This document shows positions 1-11,100 of a stretch of 40,874 nucleotides of DNA, one piece after another. Origin of the DNA: Bdellovibrionales bacterium (GTDB lineage: Bacteria; Bdellovibrionota; Bdellovibrionia; Bdellovibrionales; JAMPXM01); NCBI GenBank assembly GCA_043739185.1, contig JAYUEN010000267.1:1-40874 (forward strand), given 5' to 3'. The notes beneath the pieces were generated by a model that saw nothing but the letters and a program-made list of their open reading frames with translations, made no database searches and was not told the origin of the DNA. Position numbers and translations under genes: made by a program. Every line of letters begins with the position of its first letter. Position 1 is the stretch's first letter.

Positions 1-13
1 AAGCACAAGATTT

Positions 14-1024
14 TTATGGCTTTTGTAAAAGTTCTGCGGCACGAATTGCAAAATAAGTCAGAATCATATCGGCGCCGGCCCGCTTGATCGAAACAAGAGA
101 TTCCATCATAACTTTATCGGCATCGATCCAGCTCTTTTCAGCGGCGGCCATAATCATAGCGTACTCACCGCTCACTTGATAGGCGGCAATTGGAATTTTT
201 ACCACCGCTCGAAGTTTCGAAATAATATCAAGATAAGGAAGCGCTGGCTTTACCATCACAATATCAGCCCCCTCTTTTATGTCTAAAAGTACCTCTCTTA
301 GTGCCTCCCGGCTGTTTGCCGGATCCATTTGGTAGGTCTTCTTATCCCCTGATTTTGGGGCTGAATTGAGTGCTTCGCGAAAGGGGCCGTAAAAGGCCGA
401 AGCATATTTTACCGTATAGGACAAAATTCCTACTTTTTGAAAAGAATTCTCATCTAAGGCAAGTCGAATAGCGCCCACCCGACCATCCATCATATCACTT
501 GGAGCGACCATATCGGCTCCAGCTTTTGCCTGCGCCACTGCCATATCACACAGTATTTCAAGACTTTCATCATTGAGAATTTCGCCGTCTTTTACCAGGC
601 CGTCATGGCCATCGCTTGAATATGGATCCATCGCAACGTCGGTTATTATGGTGAGTTCAGGAAGCCTCTTTTTCAGCTCCTTGATACATCTTTGCAATAA
701 TCCGTTTGGATTGAGACTCTCTTTTGCAAATTTGTCCTTTTTATCTTCCTCAATAACCGGAAATAGTGCGATCGCAGCGACTCCTAATTTGTGTGCCTTT
801 TGTGCTTCAGTGAGAACTTGATCAATTGAGAGTCGAAATTGTCCGGGCATCGAGGCAATTGGTTTTTTTAAGTTTTTCCCTTCAGTAACAAATACCGGAT
901 AAATCAAATCGCCAGGCGTGAGATGAGTCTCACGCACCAATTTTCGAATACTCTCAGTCGCACGATTTCTTCGTGGCCGGATTTTCGGAAATTTGACCGC
1001 TTTATTTTTGGACAAAGTCTTCAT
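14..1024 (-). CDS. hemB: Porphobilinogen synthase (delta-aminolevulinic acid dehydratase), Asp-rich Mg-type
   Basis: RPRRNR N-terminus, DVAMDPYSSDGHDG (no Zn-binding Cys), APSDMMDGRV, YASAFYGPFR, MVKPALPYLD, AYQVSGEY motifs. Confidence 0.97.
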   Translation of the reverse strand: MKTLSKNKAVKFPKIRPRRNRATESIRKLVRETHLTPGDLIYPVFVTEGKNLKKPIASMPGQFRLSIDQVLTEAQKAHKLGVAAIALFPVIEEDKKDKFAKESLNPNGLLQRCIKELKKRLPELTIITDVAMDPYSSDGHDGLVKDGEILNDESLEILCDMAVAQAKAGADMVAPSDMMDGRVGAIRLALDENSFQKVGILSYTVKYASAFYGPFREALNSAPKSGDKKTYQMDPANSREALREVLLDIKEGADIVMVKPALPYLDIISKLRAVVKIPIAAYQVSGEYAMIMAAAEKSWIDADKVMMESLVSIKRAGADMILTYFAIRAAELLQKP

Positions 1025-1126
1025 TTGATCCCCTAATTTCTCATCGAGCCTGTTGGTACTCGACTCTTAAATCATAAACTGACTCAATGTTTGCACATTT
1101 TTTATTTCTTTGCAAAACTAGCATCT

Positions 1127-1813
1127 ATGAATTATCTCGTCACAGGTGCTGGCCGCGGAATTGGATTTGAACTCACTTCACAACTGCTCACACTCGGCCA
1201 TCATGTGGTTGCCTGCGTTCGCAATCCCGAAAAAGCCAAGGAGCTTGGTATACTCGCAAAAGAATATGCCGAGCTTTGCCAGGTAGTCCAAATGGACGTC
1301 GCCTTTCAAAAAAGTATTCAGCAGGCAGTAAGCCTTATCAAAGTCGAGCAACTCGATGTTGTCATCAATTGTGCCGGCGTACTTTTGAACTATGATGCCA
1401 ATATCGAAAATCTGAATATGGTCGATCTCAACTCAAGTCTTCAGACCAATCTCTTTGGCCCCATTCATGTCACGCGCGCTTGCTTGAAGCATTTGAAAAA
1501 AGCCAAGGCTCCCAAGCTTGTTAATATTACAAGCGTTATGGGATCCCTCACTGATAACTCAAGCGGAATGGCTTATTCTTACCGAATATCAAAAGCGGCC
1601 TTGAATATGTTCTCTAAAAATCTTTCGCTTGATGAAAAGTGGCTTTGTGTTTTGATGATTCACCCAGGCTGGGTCAAAACTCAAATGGGTGGCGACAATG
1701 CTTTGATTGCTCCGCAAGAATCCGCCGGTGGAATCTTAAAACAAATTGAAACCCATGGACTTCAAGATTCTGGCAAATTCTTTAGTTTTCGCGGTGAAGA
1801 ACTACCCTGGTAA
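1127..1813 (+). CDS. Short-chain dehydrogenase/reductase, CsgA (C-factor)-like subfamily
   Basis: TGAGRGIG Rossmann motif, NCAG, YRISKAALNM (YxxxK), HPGWVKTQMGG, C-terminal GEELPW; ATG at 1127 preferred over TTG 1091. Confidence 0.88.
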   Translation: MNYLVTGAGRGIGFELTSQLLTLGHHVVACVRNPEKAKELGILAKEYAELCQVVQMDVAFQKSIQQAVSLIKVEQLDVVINCAGVLLNYDANIENLNMVDLNSSLQTNLFGPIHVTRACLKHLKKAKAPKLVNITSVMGSLTDNSSGMAYSYRISKAALNMFSKNLSLDEKWLCVLMIHPGWVKTQMGGDNALIAPQESAGGILKQIETHGLQDSGKFFSFRGEELPW

Positions 1814-1821
1814 GGCATGAA

Positions 1822-2568
1822 TTATTTCTTTGTTCCCTGCGCTTTTACCGCACCCACTGCTTTTGCAACTTCTTCGGCATTGCCAAGATAGTAATTTTTC
1901 GTTGGCATCAGCACGCGATCCAATTCATAAACCAGCGGAATACCTGTCGGGATATTCAAGCTCGCAATATCGGTATCTGAAATTTGATCAAGATACTTTA
2001 TGATCGCGCGAATGCTATTGCCATGGGCTGCAACCAAGATCTTTTTGCCCGCTTTAATTTGCGGAGCAATATTTGAATTCCAAAATGGCAAGACGCGCGC
2101 CACTGTATCTTTGAGGGATTCTCCGCTTGGCAAATCGCCAGGTAAAAGATCTTTGTATCTCGGATCAAAGGACGGATGCCTTGGGTCTTTTTCATCCATT
2201 TTCGGTGGAGGAATATCAAAACTTCTGCGCCAAATGTGAACTTGCTCTTCGCCATGCTTCGCAGCTGTTTCGGCTTTGTTAAGTCCAGTGAGTGCCCCGT
2301 AGTGACGTTCATTCAAACGCCACTGTTGCTCAATTGGGATCCACATCAAATCCATTTCTTCTAAGACGATAAAAAGTGTTTTCAGAGCCCGATTTAAAAC
2401 CGAAGTATAGGTCAGATCAAAATTATAACCTTCAGCCTTTAGCAACTGACCTGCAGCTTTTGCTTCCGCGAGGCCTTTTTCTGAGAGACCAATATTTTGC
2501 CAGCCGGTGAAGCGATTTTCTTGATTCCAGATGCTCTCGCCATGTCTTAAAAATACGATTTTATACAT
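1822..2568 (-). CDS. gpmA: 2,3-bisphosphoglycerate-dependent phosphoglycerate mutase
   Basis: [29 protein letters not shown] motifs. Confidence 0.97.
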   Translation of the reverse strand: MYKIVFLRHGESIWNQENRFTGWQNIGLSEKGLAEAKAAGQLLKAEGYNFDLTYTSVLNRALKTLFIVLEEMDLMWIPIEQQWRLNERHYGALTGLNKAETAAKHGEEQVHIWRRSFDIPPPKMDEKDPRHPSFDPRYKDLLPGDLPSGESLKDTVARVLPFWNSNIAPQIKAGKKILVAAHGNSIRAIIKYLDQISDTDIASLNIPTGIPLVYELDRVLMPTKNYYLGNAEEVAKAVGAVKAQGTKK

Positions 2569-2575
2569 GAGGCTC

Positions 2576-2983
2576 CTATTTCTTTTCGGGCTTAGGTGTT
2601 GGCGCCATCACATTTCCCATAACGGCATTCGATTGAATCGACTCTTCTCGTGAATTGCGGCTTCTGGGCTTCGGATTCTTCAGTTCATTTTCTTTTTCAA
2701 TTTGTTCGCTGAGATCGACCGTGATGTCGCCAAAACATTTCAACTGACATGATAGTCTCCTGCGATCGATAAAATACCCAGAACCAATCAAAGCCAATTC
2801 TGCACTTGATGGCTGCAGTACATTGTACTCACCTTCAGCCAGCACCACACGGCATTCTGCACAGGAGGGAACACCCCGACAAATTGATTTGATATAGATA
2901 TTGTTTTGCAATGCTACATCTAAAACACTCTGGCCAGTTTTGACTTCACACTCGATATTCTGCGGAACAAATTTAACTTTCAC
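2576..2983 (-). CDS. 2Fe-2S ferredoxin with basic C-terminal tail
   Basis: [10 protein letters not shown]...RLSCQ four-Cys pattern in beta-grasp context. Confidence 0.85.
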   Translation of the reverse strand: MKVKFVPQNIECEVKTGQSVLDVALQNNIYIKSICRGVPSCAECRVVLAEGEYNVLQPSSAELALIGSGYFIDRRRLSCQLKCFGDITVDLSEQIEKENELKNPKPRSRNSREESIQSNAVMGNVMAPTPKPEKK

Positions 2984-3008
2984 TCTTCACCATTTTTTGA
3001 TGTGGACA

Positions 3009-4238
3009 TTAAACAAATTTAACTTTCGCAAATTTCTTTTTCCCAAGCTTAAAAATCCATTCGTCCGAACTTTTGGCATTTAATTTATATTTGAGGTCTG
3101 AGATTTTCTCGGAGTTAATTTCAACAGCATTTGCAGCAATAAGTCTGCGCGCCTCACTGGTGGTTGGGACAAGACCCAATTGTTTTAAAATCCCGGGCAA
3201 ATCAAGACTGGCAATTTCACTTAAATTTACCGAAATTTTTTCGATATCATCTGGCACACCTTTGTCGACAAAAATGCGATTGAATTCAACTTCGGCATTT
3301 TCAGCCGCTTCATTTGAATGAAATCGTTTTACAAATTCTTTAGCGAGCCGAACTTTGACCTCTCGTGGATGTGCAGAGCCCGACTTCAAATCTGATTTTA
3401 TTTTCTCAAGTTCTGAAGAGGGTACTTCACTCAATAATTCATAGTACCTCAACATCAAGGTATCACTCACCCGCATGGTTTTTCCGAAAATATCTCGGGG
3501 CGAATCTTCAATGGCAATATAGTTATCAAGACTCTTCGACATTTTGTTTACACCATCAAGTCCCTCAAGTAGAGGCATGGTTAAAATACATTGGGGCTCT
3601 TGACCATAGGCTTTTTGCAGCTCTCGCCCGACGAGTAAATTAAATTTCTGATCAGTACCACCCAATTCAATATCAGATTTCAAAGCAACTGAATCATAGC
3701 CCTGCACCAGCGGATATAAAAACTCATGAATTGAAATTGGCGTATGACTCTTATAGCGCTTTTCAAAATCGTCGCGCTCAAGCATTCTGGCAACTGTGTA
3801 TTGAGCTGTGAGTTTAATGAAATCAGTCGCTGAAAATTTCTCCATCCAAGATGAATTCCAAGCGAGCTCACACTTTTTCATATCTAAGATTTTGGCGATT
3901 TGATTGACATAGGTCTTTGCAAAGTTGGCCACTTCTTCTTTGGTAAGCGGCGGCCTGGTTTCGTTTCGTCCCGTAGGATCACCTATCAAAGCTGTGAAAT
4001 CTCCCACCAAAAAGATAACCGTATGACCAAGCTCTTGAAATGTTCTTAGCTTATTAATTAAAACCGTATGTCCCAAATGCAAATCGGGCCGCGTGGGATC
4101 AAAGCCGGCCTTAACTCTTAAAGGTTTTGAATCTTTATGGGACTTTTCAAGCTTTTTTAAAAAATCGACTTCAGATACGAGATCGACACAGCCTCGCTTT
4201 ATTTCTTGAAGTTGAATTTTTGGCTCGAGAAACTTCAC
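3009..4238 (-). CDS. tyrS: Tyrosine--tRNA ligase
   Basis: [13 protein letters not shown] (HIGH), [14 protein letters not shown]-terminal S4 domain; GTG at 4238 chosen (GGGG upstream), ORF extends to TTG 4253. Confidence 0.96.
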   Translation of the reverse strand: MKFLEPKIQLQEIKRGCVDLVSEVDFLKKLEKSHKDSKPLRVKAGFDPTRPDLHLGHTVLINKLRTFQELGHTVIFLVGDFTALIGDPTGRNETRPPLTKEEVANFAKTYVNQIAKILDMKKCELAWNSSWMEKFSATDFIKLTAQYTVARMLERDDFEKRYKSHTPISIHEFLYPLVQGYDSVALKSDIELGGTDQKFNLLVGRELQKAYGQEPQCILTMPLLEGLDGVNKMSKSLDNYIAIEDSPRDIFGKTMRVSDTLMLRYYELLSEVPSSELEKIKSDLKSGSAHPREVKVRLAKEFVKRFHSNEAAENAEVEFNRIFVDKGVPDDIEKISVNLSEIASLDLPGILKQLGLVPTTSEARRLIAANAVEINSEKISDLKYKLNAKSSDEWIFKLGKKKFAKVKFV

Positions 4239-4259
4239 TTTTTTAAACCCCAATCACTT

Positions 4260-5837
4260 TTATCTGGCGTGCTCAACCACACGAGTTTCGCGCACCACAT
4301 TGACCTTCACTTGTCCCGGATAATTCAGCTCGCGCTCAATCTTACGAGCTATATCATGCGAAAGCATTTGAGCCTGTTCATCTGTTACTCGACTGCTTTC
4401 AACCAATACTCTTAGCTCGCGACCGGTTTGCATTGCAAAAGTCCTTAAGACGCCATCAAAACTATTGCCAATTGATTCAAGATCTTCGACTCGCTTGATG
4501 AAACTATCCATAGCAGGACGCCTTGCTCCTGGGCGAGAATTTGACAGCGCATTTGCCGCAGCCACAATGATTGCAATCATAGATTCTGGTTTTTCTTCAT
4601 CGTGATGGGCGCGAATGGCATGACAAATTTCTTCGCTCTCACCGTGTCTCTTAGCAAAATCAGCACCGACCATTGAATGAGATCCCTCAAAGCTATGATC
4701 AAGTGCTTTGCCGATATCATGCAGCAAGCCAGCACGACGCGCACGTTTCACATCGACACCCATTTCACCAGCCATCATTCCGCTTAAGAATGCGACCTCC
4801 ATTGAGTGCGAATAAATATTTTGCGTGAGTGAATGTCGATATTTCAAAGATCCCAACAAACGAATGATCTCGGGATGCACGCCGTGAATGCCGAGATCAA
4901 AAAGGGCCTTATCGCCATCTTCTTTCATCGATTTAAATAAATCTTTTTTCACTTTATCGACGACTTCTTCAATCCGGGCTGGATGAACCCGGCCGTCCTC
5001 CATTAATTTTTCAAGTGCTCGTCTAGCCACTTCTCTTCTCACGGGATCAAAGCCTGAAATAACCACTGCTTCAGGGGTCTCGTCGACGATTAAGTCGACT
5101 CCACAACAGGCTTCAAGGGTGCGAATATTGCGCCCCTCCCGGCCAATGATCTTTCCCTTCATCTCATCACTTGGCAAAGTCATCACACTCACGGTTCTTT
5201 CGGATGAATATTCTCCCGCATAACGAGCCACGGCCATTGCGATGATTCTCTTCGCACGTTTTTCTGCATCCGCAATTGCTTCGGTTTCGATTTGCAATGA
5301 ACGCTTGGCCGCTTCAGCTCGTGCTTCTTCAGAAAGGGCTTCGGTCATTTCTTTTTTTGCTTCGGCAGCAGTCAAACCAGAAGCACGTTCTAAGCGAGCT
5401 TTGAGCTCCTCAATTTTACGTTGGCCTTCGTTCTCAAGTTCACCCAAGCGCTTCTCAGTGATTTTTACTTTTTCATCACGCGCTGAGATTTCTTGAAGTT
5501 TAACTTCAAGGTCCTGATCTTTATTTTGAAATTCTTTGGTCAGCTTAGATTCTTTTTCTAGCAATCCCTGCTCTTCTTTTTTAAGTAAAGATTTTTGCTT
5601 TTGAATATCTGCTTCAACATTTCGCCTGGCTCTCATCTCAAAGTCTTTGGCGCGCATTTTTGAATCGCGATCAATCTTTGCCGATTCGCCCTTGGCTCTA
5701 TTAATGATTTTCTCAGCCTCTGCTTCAGCCGATTTCTTGGTTTTCTCATCCAACTGTTTTTTATACATCATATGGGCAACCCCGCCCACAGCCAGACCCG
5801 CGAACGCTGCGATCACTAAGAACAAAACATCACTCAT
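4260..5837 (-). CDS. rny: Ribonuclease Y
   Basis: N-terminal TM, coiled coil, KH motif KGKIIGREGRNIR, HD domain LLHDIGKA, RPGARR. Confidence 0.96.
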   Translation of the reverse strand: MSDVLFLVIAAFAGLAVGGVAHMMYKKQLDEKTKKSAEAEAEKIINRAKGESAKIDRDSKMRAKDFEMRARRNVEADIQKQKSLLKKEEQGLLEKESKLTKEFQNKDQDLEVKLQEISARDEKVKITEKRLGELENEGQRKIEELKARLERASGLTAAEAKKEMTEALSEEARAEAAKRSLQIETEAIADAEKRAKRIIAMAVARYAGEYSSERTVSVMTLPSDEMKGKIIGREGRNIRTLEACCGVDLIVDETPEAVVISGFDPVRREVARRALEKLMEDGRVHPARIEEVVDKVKKDLFKSMKEDGDKALFDLGIHGVHPEIIRLLGSLKYRHSLTQNIYSHSMEVAFLSGMMAGEMGVDVKRARRAGLLHDIGKALDHSFEGSHSMVGADFAKRHGESEEICHAIRAHHDEEKPESMIAIIVAAANALSNSRPGARRPAMDSFIKRVEDLESIGNSFDGVLRTFAMQTGRELRVLVESSRVTDEQAQMLSHDIARKIERELNYPGQVKVNVVRETRVVEHAR

Positions 5838-6511
5838 AAATAGTTCCTTTCAGGAGTTCCTAACAAATCAAAACTCTCAGCAATATTCATCGCAGTTTCT
5901 TTTACCGCTGAAAAATTCAATGTGAAATTTTCGGTAATGAGACGATCCATTTTCTGGTCGTGCGACTGAGTGTTGAGAGCTTCATTTAAAAATTGAAGAC
6001 GAAAACAAATGCCGATTTTTTCGGCCGTACATTTCTTAAGAAAGCGATCATAAAAGCCTCTGCCTCGACCCAAACGAGAACCGCGCTGATCAAAGGCCAG
6101 ACCGGGCACCAATACGCCGGTGATTTCACTGGCCAAAATTCTTTGAGAGCTATCAAGTCGAGGCTCTAAAATCCCAAATGAATTGCGCTCAAAGCTTGAG
6201 TCCGGAGAGCTCAAAAAGAATTGGATTTCGTCGCCATATACTCGCGGAAAAACAAAATCAATTTGAGATGCAAGACCTTGATAGCTTGCTACAAGATTTG
6301 GCTCGTTTAATAGCGGCATAAACGCCGCCCAAATTCCGCGCCGTGCCTTTAGCTCGTTCTGAAGCCTGAGATTAATACTCAGGTTTTGAAATTCAAAACC
6401 CGTCAAAGCCCTTAGCCTTTTAAGTTTTGTTAAAATATTTTTGCGAACAATACTCTTTGACTGCAAATTCAATACTCCAAAAAGGCTTTCGTTAAATTTG
6501 ATTTCAATCAA
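5834..6511 (-). CDS. 5-formyltetrahydrofolate cyclo-ligase
   Basis: FGILEP, VPGLAFDQRGSRLGRGRGFYDRFL, HDQKMD; true start may be TTG 6472 or 6466 behind GGAG. Confidence 0.92.
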   Translation of the reverse strand: MIEIKFNESLFGVLNLQSKSIVRKNILTKLKRLRALTGFEFQNLSINLRLQNELKARRGIWAAFMPLLNEPNLVASYQGLASQIDFVFPRVYGDEIQFFLSSPDSSFERNSFGILEPRLDSSQRILASEITGVLVPGLAFDQRGSRLGRGRGFYDRFLKKCTAEKIGICFRLQFLNEALNTQSHDQKMDRLITENFTLNFSAVKETAMNIAESFDLLGTPERNYL

Positions 6512-6523
6512 TCAAATCTATGA

Positions 6524-6820
6524 CTATTTCTTTTGGAGCTCTGCCATTATCTTTTGAGTTTTATTTTCGAGTTGGCCTAAATCTTTGCCATATTGCTCTT
6601 TGAGTTTCAGAAACTCTTCAGCCAAATGCAAGGACGCTAGGATGGAAGCATTTTGAATAGAACCGGTTTTGGTAAGGGGTAAGGCCTCATTGATTTTTGA
6701 ATTCACGAGTGCAACCAGTTGCTCTACCATTTCATGGTTATGTGATGATTTTAAGCGCAGTGGGACTCCGGCGATTTCAACTTCATACAATTCTGGAGAT
6801 TTATCTTTTATTTCAAGCAT
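6524..6820 (-). CDS. zapA: Cell division protein ZapA
   Basis: VEIAGVPLRLKS...ILASLHLAEEF plus C-terminal coiled coil; conserved zapA-cyclo-ligase-rny synteny. Confidence 0.85.
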   Translation of the reverse strand: MLEIKDKSPELYEVEIAGVPLRLKSSHNHEMVEQLVALVNSKINEALPLTKTGSIQNASILASLHLAEEFLKLKEQYGKDLGQLENKTQKIMAELQKK

Positions 6821-7038
6821 TTCATCTTCTTTTTATATCAACTAGTGGGTTTTTTTCTCCAAGAGTTGAAATCGGTGCCGTACTGCTTACATCAAATACT
6901 TCTAAAAAAACTCGAATATACTTTAACTCAAAATATTATGAATCAGAGCTATCCACTCATTAATCTAAGCGAATTTCATTGAAAGTGCCAGCTAACATTT
7001 CGTAATACGACGTGTAACGCCGATTCGCGCGGCTGAAC

Positions 7039-8175
7039 CTAAATTATTGAATCTACAAATTCTTGTGAGTGAAAAGAACGCAGATCGCCTATGCCTTCTC
7101 CAATGCCAATTAATTTGATTGGCAATTTCATTTCGTAAGCTAGACCAAGGGCCACACCGCCCTTTGCGGTGCCATCAAGTTTTGTTAAAACCACACCGGT
7201 AATTCCCAAGGCAGCATGAAATTCTCTGGCTTGCTGCAAAGCATTCTGACCAGAGCTTGCATCTAAAACGAGCAAAACTTCGTGTGGGGCTTCCGGCATG
7301 ACTTTGGTTATAACGCGCTTCATTTTTTTTAGTTCTTCCATTAAGGATTTTTGGGTGTGAAGTCTGCCTGCGGTATCAACCACAACGACATCAAAGTTTT
7401 GCGCCTTAGCCATTGTTACCGCTCCAAATGCAACAGCACTCGGATCACTTACGCCTTCAGGAGAATAAATTTCAACTTGAGCGCGCTCCGTCCAAACTTT
7501 CAGTTGGCTCCCCGCAGCTGCTCTAAAAGTATCACTAGCGGCAACTAAAACACGCTTTCCTTGGCCTGCGAGTAAACTTGAAATTTTACCAATGCTTGTC
7601 GTTTTACCAGCGCCATTTACCCCAACAATCATAAGTACGCGAGGCTTTACTTCATTTGAAAAATCAAGGGCTGACAATATTCCTTCACCCTGAACAGCGT
7701 TTTGAGTTTGAGAGAAAATATCGAGCATTTCATTTTTTATTGCGGCCCGCACGGACTCAAAGCCCGAATCGCCCTCTGCTTTCAATTTCGTTTCTACGGC
7801 CTGCATAAGGCGCTGAACCGTTTGCGGACCCAAATCACTTGTATATAAGATTTCCTCTAGCTCCTCGAGTTCATTGGCAGACAGCCGGGGTTTATCTGAA
7901 AAAATATTTTTGATGCGCCCAAAAAAACCACTTCGTGTGAGTGAGAGCGAATCCGAAACCGAGGCAGCCTTCGGCTTTGGCGCGTCTTGCGAATCGGAAG
8001 TTTGAATTTGGACCGAACTATCAACGCCTGCAGGAACAGCTTCTGCTAATGGCTTCTTTTTGCGAAAACCAAAATAAAAAATAAGGAAAGCCCCTACTGT
8101 TAGCAGCAAGGGGACCGAAATAGCTAAGCACAAAATGAAGTTTTCATTTTGTAAAATACTTTGGAGTACGAGCAT
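7039..8175 (-). CDS. ftsY: SRP receptor FtsY with N-terminal transmembrane anchor
   Basis: GVNGAGKTT, DTFRAAA, DTAGR, TKLDGTAKGG. Confidence 0.97.
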   Translation of the reverse strand: MLVLQSILQNENFILCLAISVPLLLTVGAFLIFYFGFRKKKPLAEAVPAGVDSSVQIQTSDSQDAPKPKAASVSDSLSLTRSGFFGRIKNIFSDKPRLSANELEELEEILYTSDLGPQTVQRLMQAVETKLKAEGDSGFESVRAAIKNEMLDIFSQTQNAVQGEGILSALDFSNEVKPRVLMIVGVNGAGKTTSIGKISSLLAGQGKRVLVAASDTFRAAAGSQLKVWTERAQVEIYSPEGVSDPSAVAFGAVTMAKAQNFDVVVVDTAGRLHTQKSLMEELKKMKRVITKVMPEAPHEVLLVLDASSGQNALQQAREFHAALGITGVVLTKLDGTAKGGVALGLAYEMKLPIKLIGIGEGIGDLRSFHSQEFVDSII

Positions 8176-8195
8176 AAATGGTCCTTAAAGGCTCT

Positions 8196-11100
8196 TTATG
8201 AAACGACGACTTGGGCTTGGTCGAGATTCACACTCACCATTTTCGAAACCCCTTTTTCCTCCATGGTGACGCCAAAGAGCTTTTTAGCGACCTCCATAGT
8301 ATACTTATTGTGGGTAACGACAATGATCTGCGAGCGCTTGCTCATTTCGCGAACCAAATCATTGAATCGCGAAACATTGGCATCATCAAGTGGCGCATCG
8401 ACCTCATCGAGCAAACAATAAGGAGATGGTTTCACCAAGAAGATTGAGAAAATCAATGAGACCGCAGTCAAAGCTTTTTCTCCGCCTGAAAGAAGCGATA
8501 CGTTTTGCAGCTTCTTTCCCGGGGGCTTGGCTTCAATATCAATTCCCATTTCGCCTTTTTCAACGTCTTCGATCAGAATGAGTCTGGCTTCGCCGCCGCC
8601 AAAAAGAACCGGAAATACTTTTGTAAATCTCTCATTCACTTGTTCGAAAGTTTCTTTGAAACGCTTTGAACAAATGCGATTGATCTTATCGATCACCTTC
8701 TTCAAGAGCTCCTTGGCTTCGATCAAATCACTTTCTTGCTTACTCAAGAACTCGTAGCGTTTGGCCACGTCATCATACTCTTGGATGGCCGAAAGATTGA
8801 CATCTCCCATTCGAGAAAGCTTCTCTTTGAGTTCATGAATTTGCTTTTCAGCGGCTTCAAGATCACCGGTGCGCTCGGCATAACGTTCAGCGGTTTGCGA
8901 TAGCTCAAGTACATAGCGCTCGCGAATCTGATCGCAAAGATAATTTTCTTTCATGCGGTTTTGTTCAAGATTCAATTTTAAACTTGAAACTTCTGTTTGC
9001 AATCCATTGCGATTGTGCTGCAAGCCCGTCAATGACTTCTCAAAACCTCTCGATAGCTGTGAGATTTCTTCAAAATTATTTTTTGCCTGCCCCAGATTTC
9101 GCTCAACTTCTTCAATTTCACGAACAAGATTTTCAAATTCAATTTTCTTTTCTTCAAGCTCGAGTTGATGAAACGACATGCTCTCAGTGCTCTTGCTACT
9201 TTCTTCGGACATTCGACTGAGGAGCGACTCGACCTCAGAAAGAGATTTTGAAAGAATCGCATTTTGCTTTTCTAGCCCCTCGCACTCTTGGGTTTGAGTG
9301 GCCAATCGCACTTGCATATCGGTCACTTGAATTTGCATTGGGCCCAAAGTGTTTTGCAAAGAAAGATGTTCGACATCGAGTTCTTGCGTCGAAAGTTCAA
9401 GACCTTCGCGGCGCTCTTTTAGAGTCACCAATCTCGAGTCCAAATCTAGAACTTCGCTCTGCTTTGTTTGCATTTGCGAATCCAACTGCATCACTTCTTT
9501 TTCTTGACGAGTGATTGCCGTATTAACATTGGTCAATTCTTGCTCGGCTCTCTCGAGGTCTTTTTTGATTTCAGCCAATAAAATTTCTTTTTCAACCTTT
9601 AACTTTTGCGCATTTTCATACTCTGAATTTAAGGTATCCAGGCGCTCTTCAGATTTCTTAAGTGCCACTTGTGAAAGTGCTAATTTTCCGCCCCACTCAT
9701 CTTTTTTCTGAGTGAGCTCTTTGATCTCGCGACGGCGCTTTAAGACACCGCTATCTGCACTCTCGCTGGTACCGCCGGTCAGAACTCCGTCTGGAGAAAG
9801 CAAATCGCCATCTGTGGTCACGAAAGTCCACAGCGGAAATTGATTTCTTGTTTCGATGGCCTCAGTTAGAGAATCGACGATGGCGACGCGATCAAGTAAT
9901 TTCTCAACCATTGGTCTAAAGTTTTCATGAGCACGCACAACTTCTTTCAAGAGTTTTTTAGGTGGGACCTCAGAAGTCTCAAGCAATTGGCCTGAAAAAT
10001 CTGCCGCCATAAAACTCGAACGTCCCGCCTTTTTCTCTTTCAGAAAATGAACAGCATCAAGTGCGGAATTTGAATTTTGACTTAACAGCATTTGCAAGCG
10101 TGGGCCGAGTGCGGCCTCCATGGCGAGCTCATACTCTCCGGGAACTTCAACGACTTCAGCCATCGGCCTAAAGTCTTGCGCATTCTCGCGTTGTCCTTCT
10201 GGCAATGACTCAAGCTTTTGCTTTTGCCAGAACATGATTTGCTTTACACCTTCTTGAAAGCCTTCGAAATTCAGAGCGAGATTTTCTAAACCGTAAAGTC
10301 TGCTCGCCACACTATTGAGTGAATCCTTGAATTCATCTACTTCCGATCGCTTTTCAGAGATTTGTTTCTGCAACACTTGGCGGTTTTGCAAAATACTGTC
10401 AGCATCTTGCGCAAGATCGAGTTGCATCTGGCGCTCTTTTTCAAGACTGGTAAAAACTTTCGTTCTGCGAGTTTCGAATTCAGATTTTTTCTCTAATAAT
10501 TCTTGCTGAACAGAGCGCGCATCAGTCGTGCGATCTTCAAAAACACTTAAAGCTTCGCGGGTAGCTGAAATTTTTGCAGAAATATGCGCTTCGCCTTGTG
10601 AAACCGTCATCAATTCACGTCTTTGTGTGGTCAGCTCTTCATCTACTTCAAGACCGCGCATTTGTGCAGTTTCAAAAGTTTCTTTTTTTATCAGATAATC
10701 GGCTTGCAAAGTCTCAACTTGACCCCTAACCAACTTAAGGTTTTCAGAAATTCGCTCAAGATCTGCTTTGAAGAGTTCTTGGCGCGTGATGTTTTCTTGC
10801 AAGATTGAACCGGTCATCTCTTTGTTTCGACGGGCCTGCTCAATTTCAAATTTCAATTCTTGAATTTTACTCTCTTGTTTTTGTGAATATGTGCGCTTTT
10901 CAAATTGCTGAGTTTGCAAATCTGTGACTAAACGCTCTGCCTGCAATACTTCAGATCGCTTCATTTCGAGATCTGCTTCAAGGCTTGAAAGCTCAGCTGT
11001 CGCCTGCGCTTCTCCGCTTTCGGCTTCTAATAATTTGGCTTCAAATTCTTTGATCTTAATATTGAGATCTAAATAGTGGCGAGAAGAAACCCAAAGATCG

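Noticed and set aside
6821..7038. Possible zapB or ncRNA upstream of zapA
   Set aside because: The minus-strand ATG at 6960 stops after three codons; the region is AT-rich with no extended pairing visible.
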